Source: Candidatus Latescibacterota bacterium (GTDB taxonomy: Bacteria > Latescibacterota > UBA2968 > UBA8231). Taken from it: a DNA stretch of 64,000 nt. Position numbers and translations under genes: made by a program. This document shows positions 40,078-55,477 of this stretch, one piece after another. The first letter of the stretch is position 1. Every line of letters begins with the position of its first letter. The stretch covers positions 3,552,001-3,616,000 of the forward strand of contig OZ242214.1 in assembly GCA_965206595.1 (NCBI GenBank), given 5' to 3'. The notes beneath the pieces are model-generated. The model saw only the letters and a program-made list of their open reading frames with translations. It was not told the origin of the DNA and did not search any database.

Positions 40078-40869
40078 TCAGGCCCAGGCTCCCTTGGCCA
40101 TCATGCCACCGTCGACGCAGACGTACTCGCCGGTCATGAAAGAGGCCCCGTCGCTGGCGAGAAAGACCGCGACGTTGCCGATCTCGCTCGGCTGACCGAT
40201 GCGGTTCATCGGGTGGACGGCCCCCCAGATCGCCTTCATCTCCTCGAAGGACTTGCCCATGCCGTCGGCGGCGTCGGTGACCAGCGGCGTCTCGATGGTG
40301 CCCGGGTTTATCGCCAGCACGCGGATGTTGTCCTCGGCGTACTCGAGGGCCAGCTGCCGCGTCAGCGACAGGATCCCCCCCTTGCTGGCAGCGTAGGGCG
40401 CGACCCCCTTCATCGACTGCAGCCCCTGGACGCTGGCGGTGTTAATGATGGCGCCGCCGCCGCGTTTCTTCATCTCCGGGATGCAGAGCCGCGTCATCAG
40501 GAAGAAGCTCTTGAGGTTGATGTCGATGATGCGGTCCCACTGTTCCTCCTTCAGCTCGTGGGCGGGAACGTAGCTCTCGGCCGGCTGGATGCCGACGTTG
40601 TTGCAGAGAACGTCGACTCCCCCCCAATCCGACACGGCGCGGGCGACGAGGGTTTCGCAGTCGGCGTTGAGGGACACGTCCGCCTTCTGAAAGCGGATCT
40701 CGCCGCGGCCGGAGCTCTCCTTGTCGCCGGCCAGGGTCTCCCCCGTCTCCTCGTTGACGTCGCCGCACAGCACCTTGGCGCCTGCCTGGGCGAAGGCCTC
40801 GCAGATGCCGCGCCCGATCCCCCGACCGCCGCCGGTCACGATTACGACTTTGCCATCGAATTCCGCCAT
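40078..40869 (-). CDS. Short-chain dehydrogenase/reductase
   Basis: TGGGRGIG, NNVG, YAASKGG (YxxxK), INPGTIET. Confidence 0.93.
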   Translation of the reverse strand: MAEFDGKVVIVTGGGRGIGRGICEAFAQAGAKVLCGDVNEETGETLAGDKESSGRGEIRFQKADVSLNADCETLVARAVSDWGGVDVLCNNVGIQPAESYVPAHELKEEQWDRIIDINLKSFFLMTRLCIPEMKKRGGGAIINTASVQGLQSMKGVAPYAASKGGILSLTRQLALEYAEDNIRVLAINPGTIETPLVTDAADGMGKSFEEMKAIWGAVHPMNRIGQPSEIGNVAVFLASDGASFMTGEYVCVDGGMMAKGAWA

Positions 40870-41255
40870 CTGTATCTCCTGTCTGTTTTGATTCTACGGG
40901 TTTTTCGGGGGCTTCCCGCCAGGGCGGGCCCCCTGCAGTGGTCGATGCCGTTCTACGGGCAGCCGAATATATCCGGTTTGAGACCTTCCTCAAGACGATT
41001 GATGGGTTCATTTCCGGCGTCAGCCAGTCACCGCAATCGCTCAATCCTTGCGGAAAAAGGAACCTGCGCTGCGGTGCTCCATTTCCAAGAATGCCTTGGT
41101 GCGGGACCAGAAGACGGATTGCACTGCAGACCATTTCCAGCACGGGGACGCTGAATTGCGGAACATCGCGATGTCATCCCGCTTTGACTCCGGGTTGTGG
41201 TTCGGTTCCCAAACAGATGGCGCCGTGGAAAGGCGAGCGGGATTCACCACCCGCC

Positions 41256-43223
41256 TCAATAGGCGACCTGGATCACGCCGCCGCGCTCCGCCCGGCGCGA
41301 GTCGGCGTCCACCTGCACCCGGAACAGGTAGATGCCCGGCGGCAGCGCCCCGTCTCTGCCGCGGCCGTCCCAGACCCGTTCCCCGCGGCCGCTGGCCTCC
41401 AGTCCCTCGTATACCCGCCGCACCCGGCGTCCGCTGAGATCGTAGACGTCCACCGTCACCGCCTGGGCGGCGGCCAGCTGCAGCAGCGTGTAGCGGAAGG
41501 AGACCTCGTCGTTGACCCCGTCGCCGTTGGGTGTCACCACCGGACTGCTGGCGCCGACCTCCTGCAGCAGCGAGCCGGACAGTTCGACCCCCACCGACAG
41601 GCTGTTGCTGTCGAGAGCGAAGGTCGCGTCCCCTTCGGCCACCGCCTGCCCCACCTCCCCCGGGCGGCCGGTGTCGGACACCACGCCGTCGAACACCGTC
41701 CCGAAGCGGAACACCCGCGCCCGGAAGAAGACCTCGACCACCTTGCCGCTGTCGGTGGTCTCCAGTCGGGGCAGCTTCAGGGCTACGCGCGGACCGGGAA
41801 AGGGGACGGAAGCATCCCCGCACGCCACCGGGTCGATGCCCCCGTCGACCCAGACCGCGCAGGGAACGGGGTCTCCGTTGACCCGGACCGAGTCCACCCC
41901 GGTCAACTCTCCAGGGGTGCTGAGATCGAAGCGGTCGAAACCGGACTCGGCCTCCTCCAAGTTCGCGGTGAAGGCCGGTCTGAAGGCATACACGAAGGCG
42001 GTCTCCCTGCCCGCCACGGCCAGCGGCGGCGACACCTCGCCGACGACCTGCCGCACCACCGGCGGCGAGGTCACCTCGAACTCCAGGTGCGACAGGAACC
42101 CCCCGGAAAAACCGGAGTTCTCGAACCGGGCCTGGAACTGCACGTAACGATTCGGCCCCGGAGAGGCGAAGTCCGCGGCGCTTCCCCCCCCGGCGTACGG
42201 CGTCGACCAGAAGCTCCAGTTGTCGGCGTCGAGGCTCGTGCCGGCCTGCTCGGTCAACACCATCCCCTCGTACTCTTCGCGGGTCAGGGTCCGTCCCCTC
42301 TCGTCGCGGTAGCTGCGCTCCTCCCCGCGCCCGGTCAGGCGCCAGTAGCGGACCGGATCGTCGTCGGTGCCGCTGCGGCTCCTGATCTCCACCCTGGCGC
42401 CCGGGTCCTTCCTCTCCCGCCAGCGGATCTCGCCGAGGCTCGACACACCTCCCAGATCGAGAATGCGCGAGCTGTACGAGGCGGCCGGCGCGAACCCCTC
42501 TCCATAGACCTCGAGCTCGGCGATCTCCCAGGGCCGGATGGTTCTTTCCCGCCTGTGGGGATCGCCGATAACGACCATGACCGTGTGCGCGAGCCGGGTC
42601 GGAATCGTCACCTCCACACGGGGACTCCGGTTGTCCTCGGTCTCCGCCACAAGGGCGTAGCTCAGCACGTTGCTCAGAGGATTGTTGAGAACGGAAGGAT
42701 CGCCGTCGAAGAGGTAGATCTTGAAGTCTTCCACGAAGCGGTCCTGGCCTTCGGGGGTCGGGTAGAACACCACCCGGTTGACCGGCAGGATACCTCCCAG
42801 GTCGATCCCGATTAACGGGTGTTCCAGGACTTCCTTTATATCGGCTTCCTCGAACGCCGTGGCGGGGTCGCCGTCGACGACCCGCAGGTGGAAATCGTTC
42901 TCCGTTCTAACGTGCTTGGCCCCGAAAGGGGTCCCCCCCAGCGACAGGACGTCCAGGGAGATGTTGCGGTCCGGATCCAGGAGGACGGGGGCCATCCCTC
43001 CTTCCTCGAAATCGAGCGAGCGGACGGAACCGCCGTAGCCGGCGGCCGCCTCCTGCCAGGAAAGGTGGACGACGTCGATCCCCTGTTCGTCGGGAGGCGG
43101 GCCGCCGATGCGGAAGAGGGTCAGGCAGTCTCCCGCCCCGGGGGCCAGGGCCCCGGTACAGAGCGCCAGGAGCACCGCCGGAAGAGGGTGGGCGGGCCAT
43201 TTTCCCATGGCGGGATCTGCCAT
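41256..43223 (-). CDS. Secreted protein with C-terminal FlgD-like Ig domain
   Basis: Signal peptide; C-terminal TPNGDGVND...VYDLSGRRVR...WDGR....LPPGIYL. Confidence 0.75.
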   Translation of the reverse strand: MADPAMGKWPAHPLPAVLLALCTGALAPGAGDCLTLFRIGGPPPDEQGIDVVHLSWQEAAAGYGGSVRSLDFEEGGMAPVLLDPDRNISLDVLSLGGTPFGAKHVRTENDFHLRVVDGDPATAFEEADIKEVLEHPLIGIDLGGILPVNRVVFYPTPEGQDRFVEDFKIYLFDGDPSVLNNPLSNVLSYALVAETEDNRSPRVEVTIPTRLAHTVMVVIGDPHRRERTIRPWEIAELEVYGEGFAPAASYSSRILDLGGVSSLGEIRWRERKDPGARVEIRSRSGTDDDPVRYWRLTGRGEERSYRDERGRTLTREEYEGMVLTEQAGTSLDADNWSFWSTPYAGGGSAADFASPGPNRYVQFQARFENSGFSGGFLSHLEFEVTSPPVVRQVVGEVSPPLAVAGRETAFVYAFRPAFTANLEEAESGFDRFDLSTPGELTGVDSVRVNGDPVPCAVWVDGGIDPVACGDASVPFPGPRVALKLPRLETTDSGKVVEVFFRARVFRFGTVFDGVVSDTGRPGEVGQAVAEGDATFALDSNSLSVGVELSGSLLQEVGASSPVVTPNGDGVNDEVSFRYTLLQLAAAQAVTVDVYDLSGRRVRRVYEGLEASGRGERVWDGRGRDGALPPGIYLFRVQVDADSRRAERGGVIQVAY

Positions 43224-43230
43224 CGAACGC

Positions 43231-43992
43231 CTACTCGTAGAGGTCGTCTGAATCCGCGGCGGCCAGCTCGACGAGGAAATCGGCGATCTCCGCGGTGAGC
43301 CCGGAAAAGCAGCGCTCCCCTTTTTCCGGGGTCGCGGCCTTGGGATCGCCGACGCCGGTGTCGGCCGTGGCCTTTGTCCAGTCCCGCTGCGACCATGCCC
43401 TGCCCTCGCGCAGCGCCCCGATCCTGAACTTCCGCTCGCGGCCGGATCCCGCCTGAGACAGCGGCAGTACCAGCCCGGGGGCGAGGAACTGCATCAGGCT
43501 GGTCTCCATCTCTCCGGCGTGGTCCCCGACCTCCTCGAAGATCCCGGGGTCGACGAGCCGGAACCAGTCGACGATGCAGAGGAAGGTGTCGCAGCGCGGC
43601 GACAGCTCGCGCACGATCTGGCGAAAATCGTTGCCACCGTGGCCGTTGAGGATGACGAGCTTCGGGATCCCCTGGTGGTCGAGGACCTCGACGAGGTCCT
43701 TCAGAATCGCCAACTGCGTCGATGGGTTGAGGTTGATGTCGAGCCGGATGTCGAGCTGGCCGGTGTTGACTCCGTAGGGAATCGCCGGCAGCACGACGAC
43801 CCCGGCTCCCCGCCCCCAGGCGAGTCGCGCCGCTTCCGCGGCGATCCGTTCCGATTCGATCACGTCGGTCGCGTAGGGGAGGTGGTAGTTGTGGGCCTCG
43901 GTCGCTCCCCAGGGCAGCACGGCGACCTCGTACTCCGTGCCCCGGACCGCTTCCCAGGTGGTTTCCGCGAGGATGTACGGGCGCCCGGACAT
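43231..43992 (-). CDS. Creatininase family amidohydrolase
   Basis: LPWGATEAHNYHLP, NGHGGN, DHAGEMETS. Confidence 0.92.
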   Translation of the reverse strand: MSGRPYILAETTWEAVRGTEYEVAVLPWGATEAHNYHLPYATDVIESERIAAEAARLAWGRGAGVVVLPAIPYGVNTGQLDIRLDINLNPSTQLAILKDLVEVLDHQGIPKLVILNGHGGNDFRQIVRELSPRCDTFLCIVDWFRLVDPGIFEEVGDHAGEMETSLMQFLAPGLVLPLSQAGSGRERKFRIGALREGRAWSQRDWTKATADTGVGDPKAATPEKGERCFSGLTAEIADFLVELAAADSDDLYE

Positions 43993-44867
43993 CACCCTGT
44001 CCCCGTGGCCGCGCCCCGGTCTAAGGGGGACATCTCCGAGGCCGCGGCGACCTCCTCGAGCTCGGCGGTATTTCCGGCGCCGCTGCAGGCCGTGCTGACG
44101 CGCTCGTCCGCCAGAACCCAGCGGAAGGCGTTCTGCGGCAGGGTGCCCGGCTGCCGGCGCAGCTGCTCCAGCACCTTCGCGGCGCGGCTGCGCTCCTCCA
44201 GCTCGAGGCCGGCGAGCACGGCGTCCCTTCTTTCGCTGTATCCGAAGAGACCGCCGGCGAGGATGGTGGCGATGACGATCCCCATGCCGGCAGCCGATGC
44301 CGCGGGGATCACCGCTTCGGAGGCGAGCTGCGAGACCGGGTGGTAGTCGTGGTACACCAGCACGGTGTCGAACTCCCCGGTCGCCGCCAGCCGCGCCAGC
44401 AGCGGAATGGCCCTGCCGGTGATGCCGATGAAATCGCACATCCCCTGCTTCTGCGCCGCCCTCAGTCCCTCGAGGGCGCCCCCCGGTTCGGTTATGCGCT
44501 CCCAGCCGGGGAGGTTGACCTCGTGGATCTGCGCCGCGGTCAGACGCTCGACGCCGAGCCGCCGGAGGCTGCGCTCCAGGCTGCGCAGAACCGCGCCTTC
44601 GCCGTAGTCGAAGTCCTCGGGATCGAAGCCGACCTTGGTCGCCACCTGCACCGGTTTGCCTGCCGCGAGCGCCTCTCCCAGAAGCTCCTCGCTGTCCCCG
44701 TACAAAGGGGCGGTGTCGATGTAGTTCACCCCCAGCTCCAATGCCCGCGCCACCAGCTCGGCGGCGTTCTGCCGGCGCCGCTCCGGGTCGGTGCCGCCGA
44801 TGTAGGCTCCCCCGAGGCTGACCTCGCTCACCTGCAGTCCCGTCCTTCCCAGCGTCCTGTATTTCAT
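43992..44867 (-). CDS. Aldo/keto reductase
   Basis: MKYRTLGRTGLQVSEVSLG, GVNYIDTAPLYG, VATKVG, SLRRLG. Confidence 0.92.
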   Translation of the reverse strand: MKYRTLGRTGLQVSEVSLGGAYIGGTDPERRRQNAAELVARALELGVNYIDTAPLYGDSEELLGEALAAGKPVQVATKVGFDPEDFDYGEGAVLRSLERSLRRLGVERLTAAQIHEVNLPGWERITEPGGALEGLRAAQKQGMCDFIGITGRAIPLLARLAATGEFDTVLVYHDYHPVSQLASEAVIPAASAAGMGIVIATILAGGLFGYSERRDAVLAGLELEERSRAAKVLEQLRRQPGTLPQNAFRWVLADERVSTACSGAGNTAELEEVAAASEMSPLDRGAATGTG

Positions 44868-45031
44868 TTCGGTTTCCTCGGTCGGACTCCCTTTGGTTTC
44901 ATCCCTTCCGGTGGCAGGGCGATTCCGGGCCGGTTCAGGTGGCTCGACCGGCCTCGTCCGGCGCTCCTCCACCCTGATTGTTCACCAGCTCCCGACGCCT
45001 CGCCGGCCCCCTCGGCCCTACTGTGTTCCCT

Positions 45032-45826
45032 TCACGAAAGACCGAGTAGAGCGGCGAGGTTTTTCCCCTTGACCAGGGCCCGCTCCTCCTCGCTGAACGT
45101 CTCCAGATGGGCGTCGACGATGCCCGGGGTGCCGCTGCCCCAGACCATACGCCGCGGCCCGAACGCCTCGGCCACCCTGGCAGTGAGCCGCCCGGCGCTC
45201 TCGAACAGGGGAGGATCCGGAGCGAAGTGGTCGAGCCCGGAGAGCTTCATGTACACCTGGTCGAAGCGGGCGAGGTCGAGGACGTGGGCGTATTCGACGG
45301 CGCTGGTGGTGTGGGGCTCGCACAGGTGGTCGAGGAGCACGGTGCAGTCCGGGACGCGGCGGACGGCGGCGGCCGCGGCTTTTGCATAGATGCCGTTTAT
45401 CAGCAGCTCGACGACGAGCCCGAGCTCGCTGGCTTCGCGCCATTGGCGCAGCACCCAGTCGTCGAAGCGCTCCACCAGGGCGGCCCCCCGGTCTCCGAGC
45501 CCGTAATGGCGCCAGGCGACTATGCGCGGCTCCGCGGCCACCAGCTCCCGCATCGCCCTCGGGGCGCCGTCGTCGCCGCTGCGGAAAAGGCAGGTGCCGC
45601 GCAGCCTGTCCGGCTCGCGGCGCAGGCAGTCGAGGATCAGCCGGTGGTCGTCCCAGTACGTCGAGGCCTGGACGACGACGCCGCGGTCGATGTTCTCCTC
45701 CTCCATGCGGCTGAGGTACTGTCCCAGCGGATCCACCTCCAGCTCCGGCCGGTAGGGGGCGTCGCGGTGGAGGGGAAAGCGCTCCAGGTCGGCGCTGAAC
45801 ATGTGGGCGTTCCACTCGACGATCAT
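45032..45826 (-). CDS. Amidohydrolase_2 family protein
   Basis: WNAHMF, LLDHL, YMKLSG, FGPRRMVWGS. Confidence 0.85.
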   Translation of the reverse strand: MIVEWNAHMFSADLERFPLHRDAPYRPELEVDPLGQYLSRMEEENIDRGVVVQASTYWDDHRLILDCLRREPDRLRGTCLFRSGDDGAPRAMRELVAAEPRIVAWRHYGLGDRGAALVERFDDWVLRQWREASELGLVVELLINGIYAKAAAAAVRRVPDCTVLLDHLCEPHTTSAVEYAHVLDLARFDQVYMKLSGLDHFAPDPPLFESAGRLTARVAEAFGPRRMVWGSGTPGIVDAHLETFSEEERALVKGKNLAALLGLS

Positions 45827-45927
45827 GTTGTGAACAAGCGGATTTCATCCATATTCATCAAGCATCCGCCAGGGTTCGTGCACCTCCCCCGCCGGCCTCG
45901 TCCGGCCTTCGCACGGAGGATCGACCC

Positions 45928-47109
45928 ATGCAGTGGGCATCAGCCGTTTCCACCGAAACAGATATCGCCGCGGCCGTGGCCGAGCTCAAACGCGAGCTGA
46001 CCCGGCAGACCGGAAGCGCGACCGCCGACCTCGTCGCCGCCTTCGTCACCCCGCACTACGAGGACGACCTCGACAAGCTGCCGCAGCTGATCGCCGACAG
46101 CTTCGCGCCCAAGACCTTCATCGGCTGCACGGCCATCGGGGTGATCGGGGGCGGGCGCGAGCTCGAGGAGGTGCGCGGGCTGGCCCTCACCGCGGCGGTG
46201 CTGCCCGGGGTCGAGATCACCCCCTTTCATCTGCGCCCCGGAGACCTCCCCGACCTCGACAGCGGCCCCGAACGATGGGTCGAAGCCCTCGGCGTCGACA
46301 GGGAGCCCACCCCCCATTTCCTGATGCTCGTCGACCCGGCAGGGGCCGAGGGGTTCGACCCGCGGCCGTTGCTCATGGGCCTCGACTTCGCCTACGCCAA
46401 CGCGACCAAGATCGGCGGCCTCGCCTCGAGCCTGCAGGGGAACCGCCTCTTTCTCGACGGCGAGGTGCATACAGGCGGCTGCATCGGCGCCGCACTCCAG
46501 GGAGCGATCGCCGTCGACACAGTGGTCGCCCAGGGCTGCCGCGCCATCGGCGAACCGATGACGGTCACCGGCTCCAGCGGCTACTTCCTGTCCGAGCTGG
46601 ACGGCCGCTCCGCGGTCGAGACGCTCATCGATCTCTACCACAGCCTCGGGGAGGAGGACCAGGAGCTTCTGCGGAGCGCCCTGCACGTCGGCATCGCCTC
46701 CACCGAGCTCAAGGGAGAGCTCGGCCAGGGGGACTACCTCATCCGCAACGTCCTGCAGCTCGACCACGAGAAGGGGATTATCGCCGTCGGCGACCGGCTG
46801 CGCACCGGGCAGACGGTCCGCTTCCACCTGCGCGACAGCGCCGCGGCCGCGCAGGACCTCATCCTGATGCTCGAGCGCTACCGGCGCGAGAACCAGGACG
46901 CGGCCCCGGACGGGGTCCTGCTGTTTTCCTGCAACGGCCGCGGCCAGGCCTTCTTCGGCGAGCCGGACCACGACTCGCGGCTTTTCTCCGACGCCGTCGG
47001 GGAGGTGCCCCTGGGCGGGTTCTTCTGCGGCGGCGAGATCGGCCAGGTCGGCGGCTCGACCTACCTGCACGGGTACACGAGCGCCTTCGCGATCTTCCGC
47101 AGCCCCTAA
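45928..47109 (+). CDS. FIST (FIST_N/FIST_C) sensory domain protein
   Basis: VAQGCRAIG, GQTVRFHLRD, LFSCNGRG, GFFCGGEIG, LHGYT. Confidence 0.92.
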   Translation: MQWASAVSTETDIAAAVAELKRELTRQTGSATADLVAAFVTPHYEDDLDKLPQLIADSFAPKTFIGCTAIGVIGGGRELEEVRGLALTAAVLPGVEITPFHLRPGDLPDLDSGPERWVEALGVDREPTPHFLMLVDPAGAEGFDPRPLLMGLDFAYANATKIGGLASSLQGNRLFLDGEVHTGGCIGAALQGAIAVDTVVAQGCRAIGEPMTVTGSSGYFLSELDGRSAVETLIDLYHSLGEEDQELLRSALHVGIASTELKGELGQGDYLIRNVLQLDHEKGIIAVGDRLRTGQTVRFHLRDSAAAAQDLILMLERYRRENQDAAPDGVLLFSCNGRGQAFFGEPDHDSRLFSDAVGEVPLGGFFCGGEIGQVGGSTYLHGYTSAFAIFRSP

Positions 47110-47669
47110 CCCGCGAACGAGGCGCGGTGCAGAAGGTCGTACTCCGCGCCGGCAGGTTTCAGGGTGCTGCGTATCAGCGCGACGTCCTTCACCGCAAAAC
47201 GGCAGCGGGGAACCTTCTCGATCCAGCCGCCCGAGGGCAGCCTCGCCGGCGGGCGCAGGCGGGCAAGGGTCAGGTGCGGCTCGAACGGCCTGCCCTCCCG
47301 CTTCCAGCCGAGGCCGCGGACCGCGGCTTCGACCTGATTCCGCAGCCTTGGCAGCTTGCGGTCCGCATCGACGAGACCGACCCACAGGATGCGGGCGCCC
47401 CGCCCGTCGGGATAGGCGCCGGCGGCTCCCAGCTCGAGCTCGAACGAGGCGGAACCCGCGGCGATCTCGTCGAGGGCGAGGGAAAGGGGGGCTAGCTGTC
47501 CTTCCTGCGTTTCCCCGAGAAAGCGCAGCGTGAGGTGCAGGTTCTCCGGCCGCGTCCACCTGACGGAGGCGGCCCCGGGGAGCGACGCCGCGGCAGGGAC
47601 GCAGGCGAGGGCGGCGCGCAGGCCGGCAGGCAGCTCTACGGCGACGAAGGTGCGGATGCTGCCGGACAC
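47106..47669 (-). CDS. thpR: RNA 2',3'-cyclic phosphodiesterase (2H family)
   Basis: RTFVAV and two HxT motifs (LHLTLRFLG, PHLTLAR). Confidence 0.9.
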   Translation of the reverse strand: MSGSIRTFVAVELPAGLRAALACVPAAASLPGAASVRWTRPENLHLTLRFLGETQEGQLAPLSLALDEIAAGSASFELELGAAGAYPDGRGARILWVGLVDADRKLPRLRNQVEAAVRGLGWKREGRPFEPHLTLARLRPPARLPSGGWIEKVPRCRFAVKDVALIRSTLKPAGAEYDLLHRASFAG

Positions 47670-47882
47670 GGGATCCTGGGTTTTCAGCTGGTTGTGCCCT
47701 CAAGGCAAGCTCGCGGCCGGATGTAATCCGCGATTCCCAAGGCCGCTCTGCCGCGACCATAGCGCGGATGCCCGGCGACACGGGGGAATGCGGCGGGTAA
47801 ATAACCGGTCTCACTGCGGACAGCTCGCTCCGAAAGATCGAGCCCTGGATTCGGAACCGGATCGATTACACCGACTCCTCTC

Positions 47883-48701
47883 TCAGCGGGCCCCGCACGC
47901 TTTCAGGCAGGCGTTCAGGTAGCCGCGGCTCTCCGCGGCGATCGCCGCGGCATGCGCCAGGTCGTACTCCGCGGCGCCGATCACCTCGAGATTGACGGCG
48001 ACGTCGATTGCCGATTCGTGCAGGACGCGGAGGTACCCGAACAGGTCGATCCCGCCGCGGCCGCAGGCCTGCTCCTCCGGGGGTCCGGGCGGGCCCCCGG
48101 TTCCCTTGAAATCCTCGCGGCAGTCGCGGATATGGACGTGGGCAACCCGCGATATCACCGCCTCCAGGGCTTCCACCGGGTTCTCGCCGGGAGCGGCGCG
48201 GTAGATGTGGCTCGGGTCCATGTCGACGCCGAAGGAGGGGGACGGAATCCGCTCCATCGCCCGCAGCGTCGTCGGGGTGTCGTGGATGCACTGGCCGACG
48301 TGCGCCTTGGCGCAGAGCACGACCCCGTACTCCGCGGCCTTGTCCGCCATCTTCCGCAACTGTTCGACATGGCGCTCGAACTCCTCCTCGACACCGCTCC
48401 TGCCCCCCGGGCCGACGTTGACCACCGGGATGCCGAGCTCGCGGCCGGCCTCGTACGCCTTGACCAGCCTCTCCTCGTCGAGTGAGGCGACCTCCATCGC
48501 CAGCAGCTCGAGCCCGTATCTCTGGGCAAGTTCCCGTATGCCGGCGGTTTGCGCCCGGTAGTTGTCGAGATCGAGGTGCTCGCTCATCCCCCGGATGGCG
48601 GCCAGCTCGACGCCGTCGTACCCGGCGCGCGCGATCTGTTCCATGGCGGTCGCCAGGTCGAAACCGGCGAAGAGAACGGTATTCGCTCCGAGTTTGATCA
48701 T
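47883..48701 (-). CDS. Sugar phosphate isomerase/epimerase (xylose-isomerase-like TIM barrel)
   Basis: AGYDGVEL, DMDPSH, HVHIRD, CGRGGID, NLEV. Confidence 0.85.
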   Translation of the reverse strand: MIKLGANTVLFAGFDLATAMEQIARAGYDGVELAAIRGMSEHLDLDNYRAQTAGIRELAQRYGLELLAMEVASLDEERLVKAYEAGRELGIPVVNVGPGGRSGVEEEFERHVEQLRKMADKAAEYGVVLCAKAHVGQCIHDTPTTLRAMERIPSPSFGVDMDPSHIYRAAPGENPVEALEAVISRVAHVHIRDCREDFKGTGGPPGPPEEQACGRGGIDLFGYLRVLHESAIDVAVNLEVIGAAEYDLAHAAAIAAESRGYLNACLKACGAR

Positions 48702-48994
48702 TTGTTGTTTCCCCGCTCCGTTACGAGTTGAATGCGTAGGGGAGACTACTGCCCCGGTGTCGGCCGCGGCCGCGAACCGGCAGCCGCTGCCAGGGGCGGG
48801 GGAAGTTGTGCCATTCCGGCGCCGCAGCGCCAGCAGCGGCGCCGGAATTCCCTTTCCGGTCCGCCCCGAAAACCGCGGCCGTCCCCCCTTCTTGCCCCCT
48901 CACACCCGTGTCGTAGTTTCAGCGGTTCACCTTTTTTGAAGGCCGGCCCCGGCGCTCCGTGCTGCTCCCCCTCCCGGCCGCGACCCTCGGCTGA

Positions 48995-54676
<5,682 letters not shown>

Positions 54677-54713
54677 TGGGGGGCGGACACCTCCCTCCGC
54701 CTGGAGCGGCGCC

Positions 54714-55367
54714 TTGAACCTCGCAGTGCCGAGGCGGGCGTTCTTCAGCTTCACCGCCCCTTGCCGCTACCGCGAGGAAGCGCCGCGCGTCGACGGCGAC
54801 CTCGGGGACTGGGGCGCAGGTTTCCGCCTGCCGGATCTTCTCGGCCTCGAGGAAGAGAAGTCCTTCGCCGATCTCCTGATGGCCTGGAACGACGACGGTC
54901 TCTATTTCGCGATCCGCGTCGACGGCAAGAAGGGCTTCAGCATAGATCCGAAGAACTACTGGCAGGGGGACTGCCTCGAGCTCTGGATCGACACCCGCGA
55001 CGTCAAGGACGCGCACACGGCCAACCGCTTCTGCCACCATTTCTTCTTCCTACCCGGGGGCAGCGGCAGCGACGGCAGGAAGCCGATCGGCCGCCAGACC
55101 GCCATCGACAGGGCGCGCGAGCAGGCGCCCCCCTGCCCGGAGGAGGAAATCGCCGTGGGGCTGAAGAGGCTGAAGCGGGGTTACCGCATGGAGATCGCCC
55201 TCCCGGCCGCCGGCCTCAACGGCTTCGAGCCGCGCGAGTTCGACCGCCTCGGGTTCAACTACGTGCTCCACGACTGCGATCTCGGCACCCAGTCCTGGAC
55301 GGTGGGCCGCAATCCCCCCCTCATTCACGATCCGGGCACCTGGGGGACGGTGCTGCTGGCCGAATAG
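54714..55367 (+). CDS. CBM9/DOMON-like sugar-binding domain protein
   Basis: PRVDGDLGDW, AWNDDGLYFAI, GDCLELWID, GYRMEIALP, LGFN; TTG start coupled to the uvrA region. Confidence 0.72.
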   Translation: MNLAVPRRAFFSFTAPCRYREEAPRVDGDLGDWGAGFRLPDLLGLEEEKSFADLLMAWNDDGLYFAIRVDGKKGFSIDPKNYWQGDCLELWIDTRDVKDAHTANRFCHHFFFLPGGSGSDGRKPIGRQTAIDRAREQAPPCPEEEIAVGLKRLKRGYRMEIALPAAGLNGFEPREFDRLGFNYVLHDCDLGTQSWTVGRNPPLIHDPGTWGTVLLAE

Positions 55368-55477
55368 CCACCCTTGCCCTCAAATGTTAGCTTCTACCTT
55401 CTCTCCCTCAGACCTGTTTCATCCCGCGGCGTCATCCAGACCCCTCTCGGCATTGCCGGTTATTTCGAGCTGATCAC

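Noticed and set aside
41041-41166. 41-aa minus-strand ORF (MFRNSASPCWKW...) in the SDR upstream region
   Set aside because: No clear RBS or motif; cannot be separated from promoter sequence.
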